In this document: one piece after another, positions 43,356 through 55,597 of the stretch | Layout of the letters: every line of letters starts with the position of its first letter | Position numbering within the stretch: the first letter of the stretch is position 1 | Assembly: GCA_963727895.1 (NCBI GenBank) | Contig: CAVSHT010000014.1 | Location: 1 to 64,000 of the forward strand | DNA length: 64,000 nucleotides | Direction of reading: 5' to 3' | Source of the DNA: an uncultured Methanosarcinaceae archaeon | Lineage (GTDB): Archaea > Halobacteriota > Methanosarcinia > Methanosarcinales > Methanosarcinaceae | Made by a program: the position numbers and the translations under genes | The notes under the pieces: generated by a model | The model's input: the letters and a program-made list of their open reading frames with translations, nothing else | What the model was told of the DNA's origin: nothing | The model's database searches: none

Positions 43356-44726
43356 TTAGATCTTTTTCTTAAGCACTAAGTATCCTACTAAGATCAAAAA
43401 TAGGGGTAAAGCAATTGTCACTAGTACTTCAGCTGCTCCCTGCACTTCCTCTGCTTTACTATTATTTTCACTCTTGTTTAAGGCATTTCCTGCACCTACC
43501 AGGCTTTCTGTAGTATCCTGCAGTTTTGCTTCTATTTGGGTATTGTTTTTGTTTGCTTCTCCAGGATAGGTAATAGCAAAGCAAGAAAAACCAGGCGCTT
43601 TCGAAGTAAAATATGAATAATTATTATCTTCTCTGACCTTTTTGGTATAAAGCGGCTCCCAACTTTGATTATACCATTGAAGGGTTATAAGGGATTCATT
43701 AACACTATTATTTTTAATCCATGATTTTTCAACTCTGAATCCAATTACCCCATTTGCAAGGGATGTAGGAAGCCCTCCTCCGTTATCTCCTACCCAGATA
43801 TTCACATATTTATATACACTTCCGGAAGCACGTTCTGGGACAAAGTTGGACTTGCTCTTGAGTTCTTCTACAGTTGTGGTCGTCTTTTGAAATGTTCTTT
43901 TTGCATCGTACTCTATATACATAATGCATGTACTGTTTTGCAAAAAATCGTATCTTATATGATTGCCACTCATGATATTTCTGGTAGCAAGCTCTACTGA
44001 AGCAACATTTTTGGCTGGCTCTTTGGAAAAACTGCTTCTCACGTCACTAGAGCTAGAACTTGAGCTAGAGCTGCTCTGACTTTGGATAAGTTTAGTAGTA
44101 TCCGTGTTATTTGTTGTCTGATTAGATGTTATAGTAGGGGTAGTTGTTGTCTGATTAGATGTTGTAGTAGAGGTAGTTATTGTTTGATTAAATGTTGTAG
44201 TAGGGGTAGTTGTTGTCTGATTAGATGTTGTAGTAGGGGTAGTTGTTGTCTGATTAGATGTTGTAGTAGGGGTAGTTGTTGTCTGATTAGATGTTGTAGT
44301 AGGGGTGGTTGTTGTCTGATTAGATGTTGTAGTAGGGGTGGTTGTTGTCTGATTAGATGTTGTAGTAGGGGTAGATTTTTGCTCATAAATTTTTATTCCA
44401 ACATTATACCCTGAGAGGAATTTCAGATTGTATCCAACAGTGTATCCATCAGCATATCCTATATCTTGAGAAGTGGTGCTCTTTGGCGCGAAGTCAATAA
44501 GACCAGTTCCTGTATATTTAATTCCTTTAATTCCTATATCATATCCTTTGTCATATCCATTTATTAGTCCAATTTTATATCCTTCATCATATCCATCCAC
44601 GTAGTGCTGCTTATCCTTTGATCCCCAACTCGAATTCAGAGATGCGCTTACAACTATAGTCATCGCTGACATTAAAAAACAGATAGTCAGCAAAATACTA
44701 AGTACCTTTTTGGTCTGTCTCTTCAT
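43356..44726 (-). CDS. PGF-pre-PGF-domain cell-surface protein
   Basis: Signal peptide, GYxxG repeats, Thr-rich linker, VYKYVNIWVG...FRVEKSW...PGFSCFAI, C-terminal TM plus KKK. Confidence 0.9.
   Translation of the reverse strand: MKRQTKKVLSILLTICFLMSAMTIVVSASLNSSWGSKDKQHYVDGYDEGYKIGLINGYDKGYDIGIKGIKYTGTGLIDFAPKSTTSQDIGYADGYTVGYNLKFLSGYNVGIKIYEQKSTPTTTSNQTTTTPTTTSNQTTTTPTTTSNQTTTTPTTTSNQTTTTPTTTSNQTTTTPTTTFNQTITTSTTTSNQTTTTPTITSNQTTNNTDTTKLIQSQSSSSSSSSSSDVRSSFSKEPAKNVASVELATRNIMSGNHIRYDFLQNSTCIMYIEYDAKRTFQKTTTTVEELKSKSNFVPERASGSVYKYVNIWVGDNGGGLPTSLANGVIGFRVEKSWIKNNSVNESLITLQWYNQSWEPLYTKKVREDNNYSYFTSKAPGFSCFAITYPGEANKNNTQIEAKLQDTTESLVGAGNALNKSENNSKAEEVQGAAEVLVTIALPLFLILVGYLVLKKKI
44111..44372. 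repeat. 33-bp tandem repeat, about 8 units (TPTTTSNQTTT)
   Basis: GTTGTCTGATTAGATGTTGTAGTAGGGGTAGTT units. Confidence 0.92.
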
Positions 44727-45038
44727 AGTGGTTTTGACTCTGAATTTCTAATTAAAGCTACTGGTTCCATTGAAAAAAATCTGGTTTTTTTACAAAAAAA
44801 GTGAAAACCTTTACAATTAGAAACGTTGACCATTTTTATAACGCAAAAAAAGCACATAAAAGACCAATTATAGTCTTAAAGTGCGAGGAAAACATTTTTG
44901 CAACACGCGATACGAACAAAATAATAAAACGTTCGTTTTTGGAAAAGAATATTTTAAAAATTGATAGAAAAATAAGCGATTTTCTTTAAAAATACGAACC
45001 TTGCATATCAAAAAAAGTTCGGGTTTTGGAGTATTCTG

Positions 45039-45894
45039 GGTTCTGTTGCAAAAAATATCTGTTAAGGATTTAATCAAATAAAAGGGAAGTAAAGGATAAT
45101 GACATGCTATCTAATCCCTTTAAATGGAAGCATTTTGTGGGTGAAATTATTTTATTGAATGTTAGATGGTACTTAAAATATCCATTAAGTTATCGAAATT
45201 TAAAGGAAATGATGGCAGAAAGGGGAGTAGAAGTTGATCACAGTACTATCATGAGATGGGTACATCAATATTCACCTGAAATTGAAAAGAAGGTCTGAAG
45301 GCATTTAAGACCAACAAACGACTCTTGGAGAGTTGATGAAACTTATATCAGAGTTAAAGGTAAATGGAAATATTTTTACCGAGCAGTTGACTCAAATGGA
45401 GATACAATTGATTTTATGTTAAGTGCAAAACGAGACCAAAAAGCAGCGAACAGATTCTTCAAAAAAGCTTTGAATTCTAATCAGAATCAAATTCCAAGAG
45501 TAATCACAGTTGATAAAAATCCAGCTTATCCACCTGCTATAAATAAACTAAAAAATGACAAAATACTACCTATAAACGTAGGCATTCGACAAATCAAGTA
45601 TTTGAATAACATTATAGAACAAGATCATAGATCCATTAAACGAATAGTTAATCCAATGTTAGGATTTCAGTCTTTTAACACAGCTATTAAGACTTTAAAA
45701 GGAATTGAAGCGATGAATATGATTAAAAAAGGACAAGTCAAGAATCTAAATTACTCTGGTCTTAATGAAGCTAAATATATTAATCAATTATTTGGAATAG
45801 TTCTATAATATTGATACATCTTCTCGAATATTTTAACTTTTGTTCATTGTCTATAGATTTACATGCTTATTCTGAGATTTTTTGCAACGGAACC
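45039..45894 (+). mobile_element. IS6 element with nonsense mutation, 8-bp target duplication GTATTCTG
   Basis: Near-identical to 30773-31627; CGA>TGA at 45296. Confidence 0.95.
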
Positions 45895-45910
45895 GTATTC
45901 TGTAGAACTA

Positions 45911-46161
45911 GGGTTCATGTCCAGAGACCTTCCGCAGTAAATTTGATTTAAATCTTCTGACATACTTGTAAACACAAATCAATATCTATAGTCAAGAGGC
46001 TAAATGATGCAACTTTTAATGATTTTCAGAACTTTCTTGTGATTGCGAAAATATATACAATTTACGTGAGCATTCATCATTTAACTATCGAAGTCTAGTG
46101 GAAATATGGAATTCCTCGGGAGTTTCATTGAGTGTTACTGCAGGAGGTCTGTGGACATGAA
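45911..46161. mobile_element. MITE family D, long form
   Basis: GGGTTCATGTCCAGAGACC...GGTCTGTGGACATGAA. Confidence 0.85.
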
Positions 46162-48687
46162 GACTCATAGTGAAAAAAAGCTTGTATTCTGGAGTATTCC
46201 TACATCCGAGATATTGCAGGAACTCCAAACAACGGATGAAGGCCTAAAAAGTTCCGAAAGCGGTGAGCGTCTTAAGAGATATGGGGCTAATATTCTTAGA
46301 CCAAAGAAAAGGTCAGATGCCCTTAAGATTCTGCTTTCCCAATTCAAAAGTCCGATTACGCTTATTCTCCTTTTTGCAGCCGGAATTGCCTTTTTTCTTC
46401 ATGAACAAACAGATACCATAATTATTGTAACTATTGTCTTGATCAGCAGTTTGCTGGGATTCTGGCAGGAAAAAGAATCTGCAGATGCCTTTGAAAAACT
46501 GCTTTCTGTAGTGCAGATAAAGGCGGCAGTTATCAGAGACGGCAGGGAAACAGAAGTTCCAGTCAAAGAGATCGTGCCTGGAGATATAATAATCCTCCAC
46601 CCAGGAGACATGATTCCTGCAGACTGCTTGATTCTTGACTCAAATGACCTTTTTGTTAGCGAAGCTACTCTCACAGGAGAGAGTTATCCTGTAGAAAAAT
46701 CAATCGGTGCATTGAAGGCAGAAATCCCTATCGGACAGCGTATAAATTCTCTCTGGATGGGAACAAGTGTGGTTAGTGGAAGTGAAAAAGCACTGGTAGT
46801 GTTTACAGGGAAGAAAACCGAGTTTGGGAAAATTTCAGAAACGCTGAAACTCAGGCCTCCGGAAACTGAGTTTGAAAGAGGCGTTGCAAACTTTGGCCAT
46901 TTTCTGATGGAAGTTACGATGCTTATGGTGCTAGCTATCTTCGTGATCAACGTTTATCTCCAGCGTCCGGTACTTGACTCGTTTCTTTTCTCCCTTGCTC
47001 TTGCAGTTGGGCTGACTCCTCAGCTTCTGCCTGCAATCATTAGTGTTAACCTTTCCCACGGCGCAAGAGAGATGGCGCAAAATAAGGTGATTGTCAAGAG
47101 ACTAGCTTCAATTGAGAATCTGGGCAGTATGAACCTACTTTGCTCCAACAAGACTGGTACTCTGACTAAAGGAGAACTGCAACTTCACTCTTTTCAGGAC
47201 CTCAAAGGAGATCAAAATGAAAAAGTCCTCCTTTATGCCAGTCTCAATGCCTATTACCAGAAAGGTTTTGAAAATCCTATCGACAAAGCAATAGTTGTAC
47301 AGAATAAACTTGATTTGGCCCAGTATGAAAAACTAGACGAAATCCCTTATGACTTCATACGTAAACGGTTAAGTATCCTTGTCTCAAAAAGTGGCACTAA
47401 CCTGATGATTACCAAAGGTGCGCTTCCGAATATTCTTGAAATCTGTTCCATAGCAGAGGCTGAACCTGGAAAAACTGTAGACATTTCTGAGGTAAAGAAA
47501 CAAATAGAGCAACAGTTTGAAGAATTCAGCGAAAAAGGGCTTCGAACGCTTGGAGTTGCATACAGGGAAATGGGGCAGCAGAAAACTATCAAAAAAGAAA
47601 AGGAAAAAGGAATGACTTTTCTAGGGTTACTCTTCTTTTTGACCCACCAAAGCCAGACATTATAAAAACGATAGAAAGCATGGGACAGCTCGGAATTTCT
47701 CTGAAGATTATTACTGGAGACAACAAGTTTGTGGCTGCCAGTATCAGCCGGGAGATCGGACTTAAGAACTCCAAGGTTATAACCGGGATCGAACTTGATA
47801 AGATGAGTAACGAAGCCCTGGTTAAGCAGGTAAATGATACTGATTTTTTTGCAGAGATAGAACCGAACCAGAAAGAACGTATCATCCTTGCATTCAAAAA
47901 GAGTGGAAACGTCGTTGGCTATATAGGAGACGGCATTAATGATGCGTCTGCTCTTCATGCTGCAGATGTGGGAATTTCAGTTGACAGCGCTGCAGATGTT
48001 GCCAAAGACGCTGCAGACATTGTGCTGATGGAAAAGAATCTGGACGCACTTGTTGAGGGGATAAAGGGTGGGCGGAAAACCTTTGCCAACACCCTGAAGT
48101 ACGTCTTCATGGCTACAAGCGCCAATTTCGGGAACATGTTCAGCATGGCGGGAGCGTCCCTTTTCTTGCCTTTCCTTCCCCTGCTGCCCACACAGATCCT
48201 ACTAACCAATTTATTGACCGACTTTCCGGAGATGACCATAGCAACGGATTCTGTGGACAGGGAGTTGATCGAAAAACCCCGTCGCTGGGATATAGGTTTT
48301 ATCCGCAAGTTTATGATAGTATTTGGTCTTACCAGCTCTGTATTTGACTATCTGACTTTCGGCGTTTTGCTTCTTATCCTCCCTGGTAAGATAGAGCAAT
48401 TCAGAACCGGATGGTTTGTGGAATCCGTTATTTCAGCATCTATGATAGTCCTGGTAATTCGAAGCAGAAAACCTTTCTTCAAAAGCAAACCCGGAAAATA
48501 CTTGCTGGCAGTTACCCTGCTTGTTGGAGTCTTGACACTTTGTCTACCGCTGACTCCTTTTGCAGCTCCTTTTGGCTTCAAATCTCTCTCCATTTCCATG
48601 ATTTTAATACTCGGAGTCATAGTAGGACTATACATTCTTACGGCTGAGATAATAAAGAAAATGTTTTATAAAAAAGTAAAATTTTGA
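46157..48687 (+). pseudogene. mgtA: Mg2+-transporting P-type ATPase, frameshifted
   Basis: LTGESYPVEK, AVGLTPQLLP, NKTGTLT, GDGINDA, SANFGNMFS; frameshift near 47635. Confidence 0.9.
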
Positions 48688-48710
48688 GATCCAGGCCGTC
48701 TCAAAAACAG

Positions 48711-48810
48711 TGTCACGAAGATTTAGTTATTGGTCATCTAAAGCTCAGAATCATTGTGCTCTGACAAGAAGCTACTGAAGATTATGCTCAATAATTAAAT
48801 TGCCATGACA
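48711..48810. mobile_element. MITE family C
   Basis: Matches 28264-28363. Confidence 0.85.
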
Positions 48811-48920
48811 CTAGTGCTTCGATTCCAAAATCAATTCCTTATTTCTTGGAAAAATCGTATCTCTTCAAATTAAGTGGAAAGGTCTTCACTTTCAATTCAA
48901 TGCACTTTTTTTTCTGATTA

Positions 48921-49050
48921 GAGCCTATCCAAAAAGTGGTTACCGGCTATAACTTTTACAATATGCAATATGCAAAACCGTAACGGATGCCCGGATATTT
49001 AGACCTATTGCAACTTTTCGATATGCATTATCGACTTTTCGGATAGGCTC
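48921..49050. mobile_element. MITE family B
   Basis: GAGCCTATCC...GGATAGGCTC. Confidence 0.8.
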
Positions 49051-49429
49051 TAATAACAGGCTTATGCTTCCAAACAATTGATTTTTTTTTGAATTCATTT
49101 TTTTCAGCAGGAATTAACTAATTTATAGGCTTCACAAGAAAATATCTTTATCAAAAACTCCAGCTTTGTATCTTATTTAAAATTTTTCTGTAATCAAATG
49201 GGTAAAATTGCTCTTTAAACTGTTATGTAATACATATTTTTACAGGAAGGCAAAAAAGAAGAAATTAGTTTGCTCCATAACCATATTAAGAAATTGAACG
49301 AAAGAAATAGGTTATCAATATTTCAATTATAATAATTGAATTAAAGAATTGTATAAATAAAGTAAAAGAGTAACGTAATATGTGATGTAAATGGTGAAAG
49401 GTTTGGGTAAAATATATAAAACTATTTTT

Positions 49430-50182
49430 GGCATTGATACTTAAACATAGTTATATACTATTAGAAAGTATATTTCTTCATGAACTGCCCCAGATGCAAT
49501 AGTTCCAGTCACAAAAAGAACGGTATAGTTGGTGGTCGTCAACGCCACAAATGCCATAATTGTGGATATAACTATACAGTAGAGCTAAAATCAACTGCTT
49601 TTTCCGCCTCTGTTAAAAGACAGGCTTTACAACTTTACCTTGAAGGATTAGGCTTTCGTTCAATAGGAAGAGTTTTAGGGGTGAGTCATGTTTCTGTCCA
49701 AAGATGGATCAAGAAATTTGGTCAGGAGTTAGAGGACCTAAAAAGTGAAAATGAGATATCTATTGTTGAAATGGATGAGATGCACACTTACATCGGTAAC
49801 AAAAAAAATATTGCTGGATCTGGATTGCTATTGATAGAGTTGGGAAAAAGTTCATCAACTGCTCTTTTGGTGGTAGAGGAACGGAAACTGGAAAACTACT
49901 CTGGGAAAAATTGAAGAAAAAAGAGATTGGAGAAGTGATGACAGATCACTGGAGAGCATATGCAGAGTTTCTTCCAGAAAAGATCCATACTCAATCCAAA
50001 GCAAAAACGTATACTGTTGAAGGATATAACAGCATATTGAAACAGCATATTGAGGCATTTTCTGGCAAGGTTGAGAAGAAAGACAGAGTGTTATACGAAG
50101 AGTATTGAAATGCTAAAGTACTCGGTTATTCTATTGATGAAATACAGAAATAAAGAACTGGCCATGTTTAGTTAACAATGCC
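49430..50182 (+). mobile_element. IS1-family element, frameshifted by a 13-bp duplication
   Basis: GGCATTG/CAATGCC ends; AACAGCATATTGA twice at 50028-50053; no target duplication seen. Confidence 0.9.
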
Positions 50183-50650
50183 GTCAAGTGAAATATTTTT
50201 CCAGAGTAAAGCTACTCCAACAATAAATCCTGAAATTATTGTGCTTTTATCCAAATTTGATAGCCATTTGAGTGCTTTAGAAAATATGTTTTGTTTCGAT
50301 GTATCTACATGATTAAATTCAGTCCTGATAGATGTGTATGGAATGTACTTAAGCCGGCATATGTCCATTTTTTTAGCTGAATTTTCGATTATTTTCTGTA
50401 GAGGACCTTCTATACTATTACCAACTTCCCACAACTCCCTGACACATTCCTCAAAAGCTCTTTCGTCCTTTCGCATTCTAGAATGTTTATATTTATATAT
50501 TTTTTATGCAATCCATTAATTTATCAAGAGACTGTATGAATGCTTCACCTTTCTGATTTCCTTTATATATTTCTCTACAGACAATTAATTTATTTTCCCA
50601 ATTTTCAATTTCATATTCAAGTTTTGGTACTTCATCCGTTGTTTTGATTA
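50183..50650 (-). pseudogene. Hypothetical gene fragment truncated by IS1
   Basis: ORF 50168-50476 runs into the IS end; the 5' boundary is approximate. Confidence 0.4.
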
Positions 50651-50956
50651 CTTTAAGAAACGCATAGTCAATTATGATTTACAAAACTGCCATTACAATA
50701 CTAATAATCAATCAATTATTTGGAATAGTTCTATAATATTGATACATCTTCTAGAATATTTTAACTTTTCTTTGATATCGTAAATTTACATGCTTATCCT
50801 GAGATTTTTTGCAACGTAACCACTGTAATTTATGCATAGCTTTTTGAAATTTGCCATACTTTATTAGCTCTCGAAAACCAATAGCTATCGCCAATATTTG
50901 TGGAATGGCTTTATATAGTTAGAAATTTATACAGTATCTAGCGATTAATTTTCGAG

Positions 50957-51250
50957 GTGACTATTATAGCCGATGCGAGAAATTTTGTTTTACGAGATGA
51001 GAATGGCAATGAGCATGGAGTCTTCACAGGGAAACAGCCTCGTCAGGCTGCTTTGAAAGCTGCAAATCGGGGTGCTGGGACAAAATCCAAACCGGAGATT
51101 ATTCGTCTTAGAGAACGCGGAACAAAGAAAGTACACGTTTTCAAGGGATGGAAAGAAACTGTAAAAGCTCCCGAAAATAGGCCTAGCTGGATGCCTGAGA
51201 AAATAGATAAGCCCTTTGTCAAGAAAGAGAAAATCGAAACAATCGAGTAA
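50957..51250 (+). CDS. mc1: Non-histone chromosomal protein MC1; expected start codon reads ATA
   Basis: RNFVLRD...EHGVFTGKQPRQAALKAANRG...IIRLRERGTKKVHVF. Confidence 0.9.
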   Translation: MTIIADARNFVLRDENGNEHGVFTGKQPRQAALKAANRGAGTKSKPEIIRLRERGTKKVHVFKGWKETVKAPENRPSWMPEKIDKPFVKKEKIETIE

Positions 51251-51660
51251 ATAAAAATCTTCTTTTTCAATTTTTACCCTAGAAAACTAAGTTAGGCAAC
51301 ATGACCTTAAAACAACTTTTTTCAGTATACTGTGACTTACCTCAAAACTGTATAGTTGTAACAGGCCAACGAATACAATTTAACGAGGTGATATGGATTG
51401 CTGACCTGCAAGACATCATTAATTGAAATAGGTTAAATTCTTTTTCGTTCTGTTCAAATACGAACTTTGTAGGTCAAAAGGTTCGCATATTAACACTTTC
51501 TGAAAAAGTAGTTTTTTAGGAAAATGTATAGGTTTTACAACGAAATTTTCGCTACATTTTTTATATTTTGCATTAGAAAAAAGTTATGTAAAATAAGTAA
51601 CACTCCATTAAAACATATGGGGTAACTCTTATTTCAATGGAAAAACGTAAAATAAAGTAA

Positions 51661-51870
51661 TTAGTCTGTTGCTATTATCACATCTGAAGCTTTGACTACA
51701 GCGTATACATCGCTTCCTTCTTTTAAGTTCAGACTTTCAGCTGATGTTTTTGTGATGATGGAAGTGATTTCTGCTCCTCCAGGTACTGCTATTACAATTT
51801 CAGCGTTTACCATACCAGTAACAATTTTTTTAACCTTGCCCTTCATTACATTGCGTGCGCTCAGTTTCAT
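51661..51870 (-). CDS. mop: Molybdate-binding TOBE (Mop) protein
   Basis: MKLSARN...ITSIIT..S...LNL..G..VYAVVKASDV; GGAGG RBS. Confidence 0.92.
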   Translation of the reverse strand: MKLSARNVMKGKVKKIVTGMVNAEIVIAVPGGAEITSIITKTSAESLNLKEGSDVYAVVKASDVIIATD

Positions 51871-52324
51871 TATTTGCTCCTCCACTCTATTTTTTTAGTT
51901 ATTTTTATTATTCTTTAGTTATTTTACACATATCTATACATATATGAGTCTTACGAACTTGAGATCAGTTTATGGTTTCTATTTGGAGATTGATATCGGT
52001 TCAGCTCAAAAACGTGAAGAATTAAAATCATTTTCATGCGTCTTCGGTTAAGTGAAGAATCGTGACAAATTGCATCAATTCCTATAACATTTGTTAAATC
52101 TGTTAATAGATCATGAGCTGGAACAAGGTATCGATTTCATATAGATAAGCAAAGATTTAAGGCAGGCTTCTAGTGCAAAATCAATAGCTTTCAGGCAAGA
52201 AAATTCTTTAACCGATGACCAATGAAAAAGTCTCAAACTTCTGTATTTTCTAAATATTCTGTATAATTTGCTGCTGGGATTGAAGCAAAAAGGACTAAAA
52301 TACATAGATTTTATGAAAATAAAT

Positions 52325-52594
52325 TGCGTGCGGCCACCCCACCCTAAAGGATGGGGTATGCTTCGGGCCGCCTGCCCGGTTAATTGGAGACAGATAATTA
52401 AGCATCCTTTAACAAGGTTTCCTTACTATAAGTGATTGAAATTTTGACCTCGGTTTCCTATCCGATTTACGATCTACATAAAAGGAAGCTATGGTTTAGA
52501 TATTCAAAGAGAAATAAGAAGAGGCGAGGGTCCACTTCATCTCCAATCTAAAGAATGGAGTATTCGTGACCCTCTGCGCTCCCGTTGTAATAAA
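52325..52594. mobile_element. IS200/IS605-like non-autonomous remnant with two GC-rich hairpin ends
   Basis: Nested hairpins, each with a CTAAAG loop. Confidence 0.6.
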
Positions 52595-53066
52595 GTAGAA
52601 AGTAGGCGGGTATCTGGTCTATAAGCACATTGGGAAGAGGAAAGTTATGGCATATAAACCAGAAAATCCCGCATGACAACTATTACTTCTGTAATCAGTT
52701 AACTCCCATCGAAAAACATGTCAGAAACTATATAACGGGTAGAATCCCCCAAGATAAAGTACACTCTAAAAACCAATTTTTTAGAAAAAATAATTCATAA
52801 TAATCTTTAAAAGGAACAAATAATTAATATAAAACCTTTATTTGTTCACAATTTATGTTTATTCATAAATAAGGCATCTGATATCATTTTTGTCCTTACA
52901 AAATTCAATGTTAAAAGTAAGGAAAAAACAACGTTTAATGTACCAATAGAAGTATTTAAGTCCTTTAAATAAAAAATAAATCTTTTAATGAATGTAATTT
53001 ACTTGGGGAAGGATTGATACTACATTTAACTGGAAAAATAAGGTTTAATATTTCTTAAAAAACTAA

Positions 53067-53523
53067 TCATTTTTCAAGGGGTATAAACGAGTTAGAAAAA
53101 TACAGTAATTTTTTCTTATAACTATTGTCTTTTTTTATTGTATTTCCAATAGCAAATATTATACCTATAATAACTCCGTTAGCAACCCCTCGCGTTAAAT
53201 CGTGAAATAAGTATTCTAATAATATGCTGACTATCAATGGTACTAAAAAAAATAAAAGTTGTTCCTTTATAGAAAAATTCTCCAAGTCCTCTTTGATATT
53301 TTACAGGAAATTATTTTTTGCTCCAGAATATATACCATTTCTTTTTTGGTTCTAGAAGCTGTTTCTACGTGATGTTATTTACTATGAAATAATTCTATGG
53401 CAATGCCAATACCAATGCCCAGACATATAAACCCGAAAATTAAGATAAACGACGACGAATTTTCAAATGCATATAGCATTGAATAAATACCAATTATCAT
53501 CAAAGCAGTAAAAACAAAAAGAG
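53067..53523 (-). pseudogene. Membrane protein fragment truncated by IS1
   Basis: Hydrophobic frames abut the IS1 end. Confidence 0.4.
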
Positions 53524-54194
53524 GGTATTGTTACTTAACTATATCTAGTTCTTTATTTCTTTATTTCATCAATGGAATTACCGAGTACTTTAGCATTTCA
53601 AGACTCTTCGTATAACACTTTGTCTTTCTTCTCAACCTTGCCAAAAAGTGCCTCAATATGCTGTTATATCCTTCAACAGTATACGTTTCTGCTTTGGATT
53701 GAGTATGGATCTTTTCTGGAATAAACTCTGCATATGCTCTCCAGTGATCGGTCAATCACTTCTCCAATCTCTTTTTTCTTCAATTTTTCCCTGAGTAGTT
53801 TTCCAGCTTCTGTTCCTCTGCTACCAAAAGAGCAGTTGATGAACTTTTTCCCAACTCTATCAACAGCAATCCAGATCCAGCAATATTTTTTTTGTTACCG
53901 ATGTAAGTGTGCATCTCATCCATTTCAACAATAGATATCTCATTTTCACTTTTTAGATTCTCTCACTCTTGACCAAATTTCTTGATTCATTTTTGGACAG
54001 AAACATGACTTACCCCTAAAAATCGTTCTATTGAGCGAAAACCCAATCCTTCAAGATAGCCACAATCAGAACATTTGTACCGTTGACGCCCGTCAACTAT
54101 ATCATTTTTTTATGACTGGAACTATTGCATCTGGGGCAGTTCATGCAGAAATAGAGGTTCTCATAATAAATAACTATAGTTAATTATCAAAACC
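53524..54194 (-). mobile_element. Degenerate IS1-family element
   Basis: Homologous to 25398-26137 with deletions. Confidence 0.88.
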
Positions 54195-54329
54195 AAAGTT
54201 AGAAATAAGTGGATCAACTTTTCCAAAATGAGGAAATGAGTTTAATGAATTTGAATGGAATTCCATTGTTCTTATAGAATCGGAGAAAAACCAGAAAAAA
54301 TTAAAAAGACTCTGGATTTAAATCAGGAA

Positions 54330-54620
54330 TTAGTACCTGTGGTAGTACGGATGGTGGTATGGATGGTAGTATGGATGGTAGTATGGATGGTAGTATGGAT
54401 GGTAGTATGGATGGTAGTATGGATGGTAGTATGGATGGTAGTATGGATGGTAGTATGGATGGTAGTATGGATGGTAGTATGGATGGTAGTATGGATGGTA
54501 GTAGCCACCGTGGTGATAAGGCTGTGCGCTTACTGTCGCAGCTGTTAATGTTACTACAAAGAAAACTGCTAGCAAGACAGCTACTGCTTTTTTTGTTGTG
54601 TTAAATGTTTTTTTTCCCAT
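54330..54620 (-). CDS. Secreted (YYHP)n repeat protein
   Basis: GGAGTGA RBS, signal peptide, 12 perfect plus 2 variant YYHP units. Confidence 0.85.
   Translation of the reverse strand: MGKKTFNTTKKAVAVLLAVFFVVTLTAATVSAQPYHHGGYYHPYYHPYYHPYYHPYYHPYYHPYYHPYYHPYYHPYYHPYYHPYYHPYHHPYYHRY
54338..54503. repeat. 12-bp tandem repeat GGATGGTAGTAT
   Basis: Read directly from the sequence. Confidence 0.97.
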
Positions 54621-55008
54621 GTAGTTCACTCCCCATATTTTTACTTAAGTTGATACAATTTCAAAACACCCCTTTTCAATTCAGATTCAGTCTGCAGATA
54701 CGTTTAGTAGTAAATACTATTCTATTAATTAATAATCCACGACAATTTTGGAAAGAAAACATTGTCGGTAAAATACTATTTTTATATGCCGTGATTTACA
54801 TGTTGATGAGGGCGATTTTAAAATTATAACACATGGGTATTATTATTATTATTTAAAGAATATAATAGATATAGAAATATAATTAAGAAACCTATAAAAA
54901 GTTAAAATTAGAATTATTTAGACTTAGTTTCCATAAATTTTATCTTAACAGAATAATTCTTCTAAATTATTTATTAATATGAAACTTATCGAAAGTTAAT
55001 GTGCCCTG

Positions 55009-55134
55009 AGGTTCATGTCCAGAGACCTTCCACAGTAAATTTGATTTAAATTTTTTGACACAGTACAGTGAAAATATGGAATTCCTTTGGAGTTTAATTG
55101 AGTGTTACTGCAGGAGGTCTGTAGACATGAACCC
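55009..55134. mobile_element. MITE family D
   Basis: Same terminal repeats as 43162. Confidence 0.85.
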
Positions 55135-55148
55135 TAGCGATTTGGAGC

Positions 55149-55314
55149 GGTTCCGTTGCAAAAAATATCTGCTAAGGATATAATTAAAATAAAAAGGAAA
55201 TCAAAGGTAGTGACATGCTATCTAATTTCTTTAAATGGAAGCACTTTGGAGGTGAAATCATCTTATTAAATGTCAGATGGTACCTAAAATATCCATTGAG
55301 TTTCTAAAACTTAA
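55149..55314 (+). mobile_element. IS6 left-end fragment
   Basis: Terminal repeat plus MLSNFFKWKHF start. Confidence 0.85.
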
Positions 55315-55384
55315 AGAATCAATTGGAATTACAGACCTTCTAGTGCATTGCCTATTCGCGCCTATTCGCCTAAGATCTGCTAAA

Positions 55385-55597
55385 TTAGAAGAGGCCTTGA
55401 TTTATTCCATCTTCTATAGCTTTGTTTATAGCAGGAAGACCATATTCTCTTCCACACTCTTGATATTCTAAAATAAATGCTTGAGCAATAAGTAAAGTAT
55501 TTGGCAATTGTTTTTGATATTTTTCATGGATAAATCTAATTAAGTCATTAAAAACATGCTCCGGTAGTTTTCTCTGAACCTTAGCATGTGATGTCAT
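55385..55597 (-). CDS. Small hypothetical protein
   Basis: 70-aa ORF from MTSHAK. Confidence 0.55.
   Translation of the reverse strand: MTSHAKVQRKLPEHVFNDLIRFIHEKYQKQLPNTLLIAQAFILEYQECGREYGLPAINKAIEDGINQGLF

Noticed and set aside
44111..44372. 33-bp repeats as CRISPR, or the Cys-rich ORF 44082-44414
   Set aside because: No spacers; the repeat encodes the Thr linker on the minus strand and the plus-strand ORF is a shadow.
44911..45022. GAAC/GTTC motifs as LexA SOS boxes
   Set aside because: Spacer is 13-16 bp rather than 4, and I did not see the motif upstream of dinB or rpa.
47347..47958. 203-aa minus-strand ORF and other antisense ORFs over rpa, dinB and adh
   Set aside because: Shadows of recognisable genes on the opposite strand.
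54338..54503. Possible CRISPR array
   Set aside because: Pure 12-bp tandem repeat without spacers, inside a coding frame.
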